Shown: positions 1-7,315 of the stretch, piece by piece
How the letters are laid out: the number at the start of each line of letters is the position of its first letter
How positions within the stretch are numbered: position 1 is the first letter of the stretch
Virus record (IMG/VR): IMGVR_UViG_3300049019_000002
Coordinates: 1-48,620 of that record
Origin: a virus
Length of the DNA: 48,620 nucleotides
Strand: one strand, 5' to 3'
Position numbers and translations under genes: made by a program
Notes under the pieces: model-generated
Seen by the model: only the letters and a program-made list of their open reading frames with translations
Database searches by the model: none
What the model was told of the DNA's origin: nothing

Positions 1-127
1 ATCTAAAGCGCCATCCTCTAGAGCGAACCCATAATAAGATGAGCTATCACATGTGTCTTTGAGGTATACTTTCAGGTTCGTTGTGGGGTACATCTCCCAA
101 AGAAAAGTATTTAAATAGCTTTGAATA
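1..127. repeat. terminal direct repeat, copy 1 (identical to 48494..48620)
   Basis: Bases 1-127 (atctaaagcgcc...agctttgaata) recur base-for-base as the last 127 bases of the window. Confidence 0.97.
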
Positions 128-144
128 CTGTCTGGCTTATACAT
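1..144 (-). CDS. hypothetical protein, 5' part of the junction-spanning gene (continues 48493 down to 48356; 93 aa in total)
   Basis: ATG at 144 sits 7 nt after GAGGAGG (rc of 152-158) and is in frame with the MYPTT... ORF. The start lies outside the 127-bp repeat, so the gene is complete only on the circular map. Confidence 0.7.
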   Translation of the reverse strand, partial: MYKPDSIQSYLNTFLWEMYPTTNLKVYLKDTCDSSSYYGFALEDGALD

Positions 145-173
145 GGTATTACCTCCTCAATTGGTATGACCTT

Positions 174-202
174 AGTCTAACCTATTACGCACCTCATGTC
201 AA
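174..202 (-). promoter_or_regulatory. sigma-A-type promoter (TTGACA-17-TAGACT), leftward
   Basis: The rc of 197-202 is TTGACA and the rc of 174-179 is TAGACT, with a 17-nt spacer. AAGGTCATACCAA (rc of 161-173) and the RBS follow. Confidence 0.65.
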
Positions 203-206
203 ACAT

Positions 207-437
207 TTATTTTTGTCTAACAACGTGCAACCCTTTTATATTCTCATAGTCGTACATGACATAGTTCAAATAAGGGTTAACGATCACGGGCACATGGCTG
301 GGTAATTCACTATCAGGACTACTCATAAGGTGAATCTGTACAAGGTTATCTTTGAGTATCTTGTCAATCATATGAGCAGGCTGACCCGATTGGTATTTCT
401 GCAAGTCTTCCTGTGTGGCGTATAGTAAATGGCTCAT
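207..437 (-). CDS. hypothetical protein (76 aa)
   Basis: ORF track 207..461. I prefer the ATG at 437, downstream of AAGGAGG (rc of 449-455). The TTG at 461 has no RBS. Confidence 0.6.
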   Translation of the reverse strand: MSHLLYATQEDLQKYQSGQPAHMIDKILKDNLVQIHLMSSPDSELPSHVPVIVNPYLNYVMYDYENIKGLHVVRQK

Positions 438-441
438 TTCT

Positions 442-744
442 TTACTCGTCCTCCTTTTCAAGGAGACCCAACCTGATCAGTGCCTCCATGTGAGTATCAT
501 CAACATGGCGAACATCACCACACATAGTACAACACAGCACATAAGGATAATCAACCTTTTCGATCATATTACTTGGTCGATAATCGCATATTACATAGTT
601 ATGCTTACAGAGTGGCTTCTCCTTTTTGCCCCTGAGCAGGCTATACATAATTGTGATGATACCAATAATGGTACTTACCAATAGTATAACGAGTAATAAC
701 CACACAAGTATAGCAAGTATATTGCCGCCAAGTTCTTGTATCAT
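442..744 (-). CDS. membrane-anchored Cys-rich small protein (100 aa)
   Basis: It has an N-terminal hydrophobic helix and then CxxxxxxC...CCxxC cysteines. ATGA overlap with the upstream gene. Confidence 0.6.
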   Translation of the reverse strand: MIQELGGNILAILVWLLLVILLVSTIIGIITIMYSLLRGKKEKPLCKHNYVICDYRPSNMIEKVDYPYVLCCTMCGDVRHVDDTHMEALIRLGLLEKEDE

Positions 745-1022
745 AATAGCTCAACCTCTACACCGTCTTTGAACCAGTAAACTTCAAAGGTATCGCCGTC
801 ATATTCGTCTACCTCTGTCGAAACATTGTAGGCACTATCGGAATCAACCAAAATGGGAATATCATCATGGAAAAGCTGTAAAGATGACGCTCCTAATTTG
901 TTATCAATCTCGCCAAACCCTAGTTGTTTCTTATCTCGGAAGGCGGCACAGTCAACCTTGCCAGTTTCCTTATTGACCTTTTCGTAACAGTCTCTTGAGA
1001 TAAACAATTTAGTCATGCTCAT
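741..1022 (-). CDS. hypothetical protein (93 aa)
   Basis: ATG at 1022 (MSMTK...) is preceded by AAAGGAG. The upstream part of the track ORF lacks an RBS. Confidence 0.6.
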   Translation of the reverse strand: MSMTKLFISRDCYEKVNKETGKVDCAAFRDKKQLGFGEIDNKLGASSLQLFHDDIPILVDSDSAYNVSTEVDEYDGDTFEVYWFKDGVEVELL

Positions 1023-1164
1023 TGTTTTTAGCTCCTTTGTAGTATTCTTTTGTGTATGAAGACATTGCAAGCCCCAAGAGACAGCACATAACCAGACATG
1101 CTATCACTAGGAGGGCAAATCCAGACAGGATTATATAAGCAAGTGCTAATACAAATGACTCCAT
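1009..1164 (-). CDS. small hydrophobic membrane peptide (51 aa, not in the ORF track)
   Basis: ATG at 1164 sits 8 nt after AAGGAG. Hand translation: MESFVLALAYIILSGFALLVIACLVMCCLLGLAMSSYTKEYYKGAKNNEHD. Confidence 0.5.
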   Translation of the reverse strand: MESFVLALAYIILSGFALLVIACLVMCCLLGLAMSSYTKEYYKGAKNNEHD

Positions 1165-1237
1165 ATGGTTCACTCCTTGTTTTCGATTTCAACTATATGA
1201 ACGATGATGAGTAAAACCAGCAGGGTAGCACCAATAA

Positions 1238-1486
1238 TCATTTCTTGATCTCTCGACCCCTGCTGTTCGGGTCTGTAATAAGAGTTAGCGCAACAAAGCG
1301 GGCATCTGGCTTGACATAATGGCTGTACGGTGCGTGTTTGTACTCCTTGAAGTCATCCACATGAACCATAACGGAGTAAACCTCCGAGCAATACTCTAAA
1401 AGCTGTTCCCTAGAGTGCCCGTAACATTCCTTGCGGTTAAGTAAGCACCGAACGTTTTCGTATTTCATGAATAATTCCTTGAACAT
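1238..1486 (-). CDS. hypothetical protein (82 aa)
   Basis: ORF with ATG and an AAAGGA RBS. It lies in the leftward small-gene island. Confidence 0.6.
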   Translation of the reverse strand: MFKELFMKYENVRCLLNRKECYGHSREQLLEYCSEVYSVMVHVDDFKEYKHAPYSHYVKPDARFVALTLITDPNSRGREIKK

Positions 1487-1600
1487 GGTATCATCCTTTC
1501 GAGAAACACCCTCAGAGTGATTCTAAGGGGTCATACAGCCGTTTGAGGGGTGCTCCTAGTAGTTTAATATTCAAATAGGTTAGAAACGCTTAGAGAGCCT

Positions 1601-1858
1601 TTAAATGTTCGACTTAGGGAGCTTGGTCACTCGCTTGTAAGCCTTAATGAGTGCGTCCTCGCCTTTTTCAAAGTCTTTCATCTCTCTAGGGCGGCTCTGG
1701 ATGAGTGTGCTAAAGTGCTTGTAATAGAATTGCACCTTGTGGGTGTCACCTTTGCGGCGGTTCTTGTGAACAAAGAAGGACTTTCCGTCATAACCCACAT
1801 CGTCCATCTCTTCTTGTGTGGTGTAACCTACAAACTCTTTGTATTCGTCTACAGCCAT
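1601..1858 (-). CDS. hypothetical protein (85 aa)
   Basis: ATG at 1858 (MAVDEY...) follows AGGGAGGG, 1 nt after the stop of the upstream gene. Confidence 0.6.
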   Translation of the reverse strand: MAVDEYKEFVGYTTQEEMDDVGYDGKSFFVHKNRRKGDTHKVQFYYKHFSTLIQSRPREMKDFEKGEDALIKAYKRVTKLPKSNI

Positions 1859-1859
1859 G

Positions 1860-2126
1860 TCATTTGCCCTCCCTGTATGCATATAGCCAAGTATCTTCAT
1901 ATCTGTATTGCTTTCCTTTGTGGGTGAAATTCTCAATACTTACGAAGTAACCTTCCAAGAAGTCGTCCAAATCGTCGGATGTAAGGACGCTCGCTCTGAT
2001 GTCCTTATCAGTGAACTCAACTTTCTCAGCAAAGTTTCCCTCTGGCTCGATAAGAACACGGATAAACCCGTCTTGTTTAAATTCTTCGATGTCGCTTGGC
2101 AGAGTGTAGCCAATCAGCTTTTCCAT
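1860..2126 (-). CDS. hypothetical protein (88 aa)
   Basis: ATG at 2126 (MEKLIGY...) follows GGAGG (rc of 2135-2139). The track's upstream extension is actually a promoter. Confidence 0.6.
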   Translation of the reverse strand: MEKLIGYTLPSDIEEFKQDGFIRVLIEPEGNFAEKVEFTDKDIRASVLTSDDLDDFLEGYFVSIENFTHKGKQYRYEDTWLYAYREGK

Positions 2127-2163
2127 AAGCGTACCTCCAAGGTTTATTTTGTTGCTTAACTCT

Positions 2164-2192
2164 ATATTACTCAGGTCATACCAATATGTCAA
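2164..2192 (-). promoter_or_regulatory. sigma-A-type promoter (TTGACA-17-TAATAT), leftward, back-to-back with terL
   Basis: The rc of 2187-2192 is TTGACA and the rc of 2164-2169 is TAATAT. The 17-nt spacer contains TGGTATGACCTGAG. Confidence 0.7.
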
Positions 2193-2227
2193 CAGTTTTT
2201 CTAAAAAATGTTTAAGGAGTTGTTAAA

Positions 2228-3913
2228 ATGCGTGACATGACAGCAGAAGAGATAAAGAAAATGAGGAATATCTTACGTGATCCAGTAGGCTTTACTGAGA
2301 AGACAGGAACCGTTAAGGGGAAACCCTTCAAGTTTGACCACAGAGAACACTTATACGATGTGTACCGAGATAAGCATCCTAGAATTGTTATTGTGGCAGG
2401 TCGTCAGGTTGAGAAATCCGAGACAGTAAACAGACTCATCCTATTCCATGGATACACAAGACCGCACACCACTATTACATACACAGCGCCTCGTAACGAG
2501 CAGACAACCCGTTTTGTCAACGACCGTTTCCGTAAGTCTATCACCAACTCAAATGGAGCCATCCTTGAGGGAGATGTCAACAAGAGCCGAGATGCAAAAA
2601 CAGCTATCGGGTTGAAAAACAGCACAACGTACTATTTTGGCTCCTCATGGGCTGATGGGGATGCCCTTCGAGGTATCTCTGGTGACATGGTGTTCTTTGA
2701 CGAGGTGCAGGACATCGGGCAAACAGCCATCGAGTCAATCGAGAAGAGTATCTCTCACTCAGAGATTCAAGACCCTGCCACCGAGATAAACGGACGATGT
2801 TTCTATACAGGAACCCCAAAACAGAAAGGCTCCTATTATGATAAAGTCCTCTGGGGTAACTCTGATCAGAAGAAATGGTCAGTATGCTGTGAGCAATGCG
2901 GTCATGATCAATTCCTCTCAATGAAAAACGTTATGGTTCAAAACGAAGGAGAAGAAAATGAGCGGAGATACTTTGGCTGTCTTGAGTGCAAAGAAGAATT
3001 AAACCGTGAGAATGGACGCTGGATAAAGACTCGACCAAACAACAAGCGCTACAGCGGATACCTGTTTAATCAGCTTAACATGACTTGGATCAGTGCAAAC
3101 CAAATATGGCACGATTACAATAATATGGATGACATGACATTCCACAATGAGGTACTTGGTGAGTTCTACTCTGGAGATGAACAGCCACTGTCCTATGAGG
3201 ATGTGCTGGCATGTACCGACAAGAAGCTATCCCTACAAGAAAAATGCGATATTCCAACTGTCATGGGTATTGACTATGGCTCTGGCGGTCAATCAAAGAC
3301 GATTATCACTATTGGTCATGAAACTATGCATAAAGGCAAGAAAAAACTTCTGCTGGTTCATGTAGAGAGCGCTCCTAACATGGATACAGATGAGCGTATC
3401 GCTTATATCAACTCGCTAAAGCATAGATACAACGTCCAGAAGATCAACGGTGATATCGGGTACGGTCAATACGAGGGAGAGTCCTTCTACGCACTGTACG
3501 GAAGAGAAGCGATCTCAACAAGATACGTTACTTACCAGACAAACCCGAAAAAGCGTGAGATCAAAGACAAATTCGTTTTGCAAGTAGACAGAACATACTC
3601 CATGGATTCTCTAATTATGGCTTTCAAACGTGGGGAAATCGTTATACCTTATAGTGAGCCCGACAAAGTGGAGCCATTCTTCGACCATTACACAGCTATT
3701 GAGGCTGTCTTCTCGGAGTCTACACAGGGAACTGGGCGGAAGAGATACGATCACAGAACCCCTGATGATGCTTTCCACTCTCTGAATTATGTCCGTGAGG
3801 GAATCTTCGAGATAAACAATAAGTTCGAGTGGGACGGTGCTCAACGTGATGTCTGGAACGAGGAAAAACTCTTGCATCATGACATAGATTTACCGTCAGA
3901 AAACGAGTGGTGA
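2228..3913 (+). CDS. terL: terminase large subunit
   Basis: Walker A-like VAGRQVEKSET and Walker B MVFFDEVQ. A CxxC...CxxC zinc-ribbon insert (CCEQCGH...CLECKEE) precedes a C-terminal nuclease-type region. 561 aa, immediately upstream of the portal gene. Confidence 0.85.
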   Translation: MRDMTAEEIKKMRNILRDPVGFTEKTGTVKGKPFKFDHREHLYDVYRDKHPRIVIVAGRQVEKSETVNRLILFHGYTRPHTTITYTAPRNEQTTRFVNDRFRKSITNSNGAILEGDVNKSRDAKTAIGLKNSTTYYFGSSWADGDALRGISGDMVFFDEVQDIGQTAIESIEKSISHSEIQDPATEINGRCFYTGTPKQKGSYYDKVLWGNSDQKKWSVCCEQCGHDQFLSMKNVMVQNEGEENERRYFGCLECKEELNRENGRWIKTRPNNKRYSGYLFNQLNMTWISANQIWHDYNNMDDMTFHNEVLGEFYSGDEQPLSYEDVLACTDKKLSLQEKCDIPTVMGIDYGSGGQSKTIITIGHETMHKGKKKLLLVHVESAPNMDTDERIAYINSLKHRYNVQKINGDIGYGQYEGESFYALYGREAISTRYVTYQTNPKKREIKDKFVLQVDRTYSMDSLIMAFKRGEIVIPYSEPDKVEPFFDHYTAIEAVFSESTQGTGRKRYDHRTPDDAFHSLNYVREGIFEINNKFEWDGAQRDVWNEEKLLHHDIDLPSENEW

Positions 3914-3996
3914 TGTTTACTTTTCACTACAGTATAGTAGGCACAAAAAATTAGCTGGATTCTCCCTTGGGAGATCAGAAGGCAGGAGGAAAACAA

Positions 3997-5316
3997 ATGG
4001 GATTTTTAGATAGGTTCAAGCGAGGCAAAAAAGAAGAGGAACAAACGGAAAAGTATACGGAATTAACTGAGCTGGCAAATGCAATGTTCAAAGAGATTGC
4101 TATCATGAAAGACACAACAGGTGAGTTTCCAGATCAGGAAGATTTCAACCCGTCAGACTTTTCCCTTGAAGTATACGAAAAGATGATGACAGATGGACAA
4201 GTTAAGTCAGCGCTTGACATGATTAAACTTTCAGCAACAGCAAAGGGGTTCACCGTAACAGGTGATGACGAGGAAACAAAAAAGTATGCTGATTTTATCA
4301 ATGAGAACTTTGAACTAATCAGAGGTAACATTGAAGATGTCATCAGAGAGATCATGACAGCTCTTGAGTATGGATACAGCTGTACAGAAAAAGTATTCGA
4401 GTACAAAGATGGCAAGATCATGCTTAAGAAGCTAAAAACACTTGACCCGTACACTGTAGCAGGTAAGACGGATCGTTTTGGCGATCTCATGTACGTTAAA
4501 CAACGAATCGGAACTAAAACAATCAAGATTCCTGCCGACAAAGTTTTATGGTATGCTCATCAAAAGCGCTTTGGTAATATCTATGGTCAATCAAGATTGA
4601 GAACAGTTTACAAACACTGGTTCATCAAAGACAAAATGTACAGGTTCGCCAATATCGCTTATGAACGCTATGGTACACCCCTTTTAGTCGGCATGACAGA
4701 GGATAAAAACGATGTACCAGAGATGACAAAGCTCTTGAGAAACATCAATGCTATGACTGGATTAAGCCTTTCTGGAGGCTCCAAGGTCGAAGCTATTCAG
4801 ACAACAAATGCGGACTTCATTGGCTACATTGAGCACCACGACAGAAAGATCATGGAGGCGCTACTGGTTCCGCCAGCTCTTCTAGGTTTATCCCGTGGTC
4901 AATCTGGATCGTATTCTCTTTCGTCCAACCAGTTTGACATTTTCATGATTCACCTTGAGAGTATTCAGCGTGACATCAAGGCACTCATGGAAGAAGAAAT
5001 CATTCGTCCACTGGTTGATCTTAACTTCCCGAATGTCACAAAATACCCTGCGTTCACTTTTAAACCTTTAGCGGATCGAGACATTGACAAGCTATCAGGA
5101 GTATTTGAGAAGCTCATTAATGCTTCTGTTATTGCCCCAGAGGAAGAATGGTTACGTGAAGAGCTCGGCTTCCCTGTAATGTCCGAAGATATCCGCAAGG
5201 CTATCGAGGAGCGCAAACAACAAGCACTAGAAGCATTTACCCCTAAAGGTGATTCAGAAGGCTCAGACGAAGAGGGAGACGGCTCTGAGGAGGAACCAAA
5301 GCAAGAGGGAAAGTAA
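3997..5316 (+). CDS. portal protein (Mu gp29/DUF935-like)
   Basis: ATG at 3997 follows GGCAGGAGGA. Size, position after terL, the acidic C-terminal tail and a following Mu-F-like gene all fit a portal. Confidence 0.75.
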   Translation: MGFLDRFKRGKKEEEQTEKYTELTELANAMFKEIAIMKDTTGEFPDQEDFNPSDFSLEVYEKMMTDGQVKSALDMIKLSATAKGFTVTGDDEETKKYADFINENFELIRGNIEDVIREIMTALEYGYSCTEKVFEYKDGKIMLKKLKTLDPYTVAGKTDRFGDLMYVKQRIGTKTIKIPADKVLWYAHQKRFGNIYGQSRLRTVYKHWFIKDKMYRFANIAYERYGTPLLVGMTEDKNDVPEMTKLLRNINAMTGLSLSGGSKVEAIQTTNADFIGYIEHHDRKIMEALLVPPALLGLSRGQSGSYSLSSNQFDIFMIHLESIQRDIKALMEEEIIRPLVDLNFPNVTKYPAFTFKPLADRDIDKLSGVFEKLINASVIAPEEEWLREELGFPVMSEDIRKAIEERKQQALEAFTPKGDSEGSDEEGDGSEEEPKQEGK

Positions 5317-5369
5317 ACACCTCTGAGATTTTAACCCCGAAAGTCGTTACCTTCGGAGAAAGACGCAAA

Positions 5370-6272
5370 ATGGCTGATGCCAAGAAGTCCATAGACGATA
5401 TGGAAGCTCTTGAGTCAGCCTTTCTTAGTAAATCTCAGAGGTTAAACAAAAAGCGCCGTGAGCAGATGGTCAAACGAGTTGAACAGGTTCAGGAACAGCT
5501 AGAGTATGCTTTCGAGCATGGAAACATTGATCAGATTAATTCAATTATTGATAGTTTGAAGATTCCATCCTCAAAGGAATGGCACAAGCTCTTGAAAAAC
5601 CTCGTATTGAAAGCTATCGAGGGAGGAGCCATAAGAGCTCAACTTGAATACGAGAAGCTGGCTCAACGAACTAATTTTAACGAGGAGATCGAGGTAAGCT
5701 TTTCCCCTGATTGGACGCTCTCTATAGGATCGAAAGCTCTTGAGTATGTCCTGCAATATGCTTATGAAATTGGTGTAATCACTGAGGAAACTGTACGGGA
5801 GCAATTGAGGAAAACTGTCATAGACAGCCTTGAAAGCGGAGACCGAGGCAGAGACATGATAGCGAAAGTTATTGAGTCTATGGGGTTCTGGATGGGTGAG
5901 AAGCACGCTGAAACCATTGCAAGAACGGAAACCACCAAGTTTTACAACGCTGGAAAGCTGGCTCGTTGGCTTGACCCTGAGTTGGACGGCTTCGTAGTCG
6001 CCTTGCAATATGATGCTATCACAGATAGTAGGACTACTGACCTATGTAATGAACTAAATGGAAAAATAATCAATGTATACAACCAAGATGTAATCCAGCA
6101 GTATACACCACCAAACCACTTCAATTGTCGTTCTCAATGGCTTCCAGTCTCCAAGTTTGAGGACTATCAAGAAGATTGGATTGTCTCAGAAGCTCCACCA
6201 GAAGGGTTTCAGTACAATGTGAATCTTCCTACCTTGTTATCCTCAACAGAAGGAATCATCAAGAAAAAGTAA
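5370..6272 (+). CDS. minor head protein, Mu F / SPP1 gp7 family
   Basis: Characteristic C-terminal motif ...TDLCNELNGKII...PPNHFNCRS. It lies directly after the portal gene. Confidence 0.8.
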   Translation: MADAKKSIDDMEALESAFLSKSQRLNKKRREQMVKRVEQVQEQLEYAFEHGNIDQINSIIDSLKIPSSKEWHKLLKNLVLKAIEGGAIRAQLEYEKLAQRTNFNEEIEVSFSPDWTLSIGSKALEYVLQYAYEIGVITEETVREQLRKTVIDSLESGDRGRDMIAKVIESMGFWMGEKHAETIARTETTKFYNAGKLARWLDPELDGFVVALQYDAITDSRTTDLCNELNGKIINVYNQDVIQQYTPPNHFNCRSQWLPVSKFEDYQEDWIVSEAPPEGFQYNVNLPTLLSSTEGIIKKK

Positions 6273-6305
6273 AAGGGCTTCCCTCAAAGGGAGCCCCATT
6301 TTTTT
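6271..6305. terminator. bidirectional rho-independent terminator
   Basis: GGGCT(T)CCCT-CAA-AGGGAGCCC hairpin flanked by AAAA upstream and TTTTTTT downstream. It sits between convergent genes. Confidence 0.7.
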
Positions 6306-6774
6306 ATCGTTTAATTTTAAAGCTATCGCCATATAGTTTCTTCTCAGCTAGAAGATCACCAGTTGTGCTGTAAAACTTTGTGAGCACGTTCTCTTTTGGT
6401 TTAATAATGTTTGCCCCTGACAGAGCCATTTTAACTCTTTGGTGAATACCAGCCATAAAGCTTTCCTTTGCGGATTTATCTGAGATGCCCCATACAGACT
6501 CTTTCACGATAACATGAACAGCACCACTGTCTCGAAGTATAACGTCTTCGACAACACCCTCAGAGTCATTAACTATTCTGGAAAAGCTCTCATCAAGGAT
6601 AGCCAGCTCGTCTTTAGTTGGTTCTTTCTTCTGTGGTTCCTCCTTTTTGGTCTCAACCTTTTTGGGTTCCTCTGCTGGTTTAGCTGTCTCGTTACTTCCT
6701 CCAAACAAGCTTGATAATGCCCCTAGAAATAAACACACAGCGAATATAATAAAAATCACTTTAAGTTTACTCAT
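6304..6774 (-). CDS. signal-anchored exported protein (moron, reverse orientation inside the head module)
   Basis: N-terminal hydrophobic anchor MSKLKVIFIIFAVCLFLGALSSLF, a K/E/P-rich linker and a roughly 90-aa C-terminal domain. It has its own consensus promoter and terminator. Confidence 0.75.
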   Translation of the reverse strand: MSKLKVIFIIFAVCLFLGALSSLFGGSNETAKPAEEPKKVETKKEEPQKKEPTKDELAILDESFSRIVNDSEGVVEDVILRDSGAVHVIVKESVWGISDKSAKESFMAGIHQRVKMALSGANIIKPKENVLTKFYSTTGDLLAEKKLYGDSFKIKR

Positions 6775-6849
6775 CGTTTCTTAGCTCCCCTTTTGTTTTT
6801 AGCATACCTGAGTAATACTGGTAAGCCTACTTTTATACCCTTAATTGCT

Positions 6850-6915
6850 ACCCTCTTAGTGGTTTCTGACTTGATTATACTCTTAAGTAAACCCATCTGT
6901 CAACACCCTCTTAGT
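6850..6915. promoter_or_regulatory. direct repeats ACCCTCTTAGT bracketing the moron promoter (candidate operator pair)
   Basis: Identical 11-mers at 6850-6860 and 6905-6915, 55 bp apart. One lies on each side of the -35/-10 elements. Confidence 0.4.
6874..6903 (-). promoter_or_regulatory. consensus sigma-A promoter (TTGACA-18-TATAAT), leftward
   Basis: The rc of 6898-6903 is TTGACA and the rc of 6874-6879 is TATAAT. An AT-rich UP-like tract lies upstream. Confidence 0.75.
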
Positions 6916-7078
6916 AATATTTTTAAAAATATATGAGTTAGCCAAATAGTTTAGAACTAATTAGTTAAACCTTATAGGTTAACCTATTACACACCTTGTT
7001 TTCTAATTTGTTTTTTCTAGAAGGGAACCACAAGATGACCCTATTAGTAATATAGCACGAAAAAATTTTGAACACAAG

Positions 7079-7118
7079 TACCATATGTTCTAACCAAAAA
7101 CGTTTACTTTTGATAACA
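7079..7118 (+). repeat. dispersed repeat, copy B (TACCATATGTT-N10-ACGTTTACTTTTGATAACA)
   Basis: The 19-mer at 7100-7118 is identical to 45784-45802. The 11-mer at 7079-7089 is identical to 45771-45781. Confidence 0.85.
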
Positions 7119-7315
7119 ATAAGTGTGAGGGAGCAAGAGAAGCCCTCCAATAAAACGAACAAACAACACATAACATCCTTTCCTTTACCCAAAGTTCTGC
7201 CATGGGAGGTGTGCCCCGTGGTAGGACAAATTTTTCTTCTTGGGTTTTTCAAGTTCCCATTTCCCACAGATTAAAAAACTTGAGGCTTCAAAGAATTTTA
7301 GAGGTGGTGAAACAC

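Noticed and set aside
81-684. Plus-strand ORFs 81..305 and 415..684 in the leftward island.
   Set aside because: They lie opposite a tightly coupled minus-strand gene chain that has RBS and ATGA overlaps. The plus-strand ORFs have no RBS or promoter.
1506-1519. 14-nt identity ACACCCTCAGAGT between 1506-1519 and 6555-6568.
   Set aside because: A back-of-envelope expectation for a 48-kb sequence on both strands is several chance 14-mer matches. One copy lies inside a coding region with no flanking similarity.
2127-2192. N-terminal extension (TTG 2192) of the 1860..2192 ORF.
   Set aside because: The extension spells out a complete TTGACA-17-TAATAT promoter. The ATG at 2126 has a GGAGG RBS.
4134-6008. 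Antisense ORFs 4134..4541 (135 aa), 4965..5216 and 5571..6008 (145 aa) within the portal and Mu-F-like genes.
   Set aside because: None has a Shine-Dalgarno sequence. Each is fully embedded in a well-supported sense gene, and the products are Ser/Leu-rich and low in complexity.
7202-7315. ATG at 7202 as the start of the protease-scaffold ORF.
   Set aside because: There is no RBS upstream, and the added 38 residues lie in a hairpin-containing non-coding gap. TTG at 7316, 6 nt after GAGGTGGTGA, fits the genome's start-site pattern.
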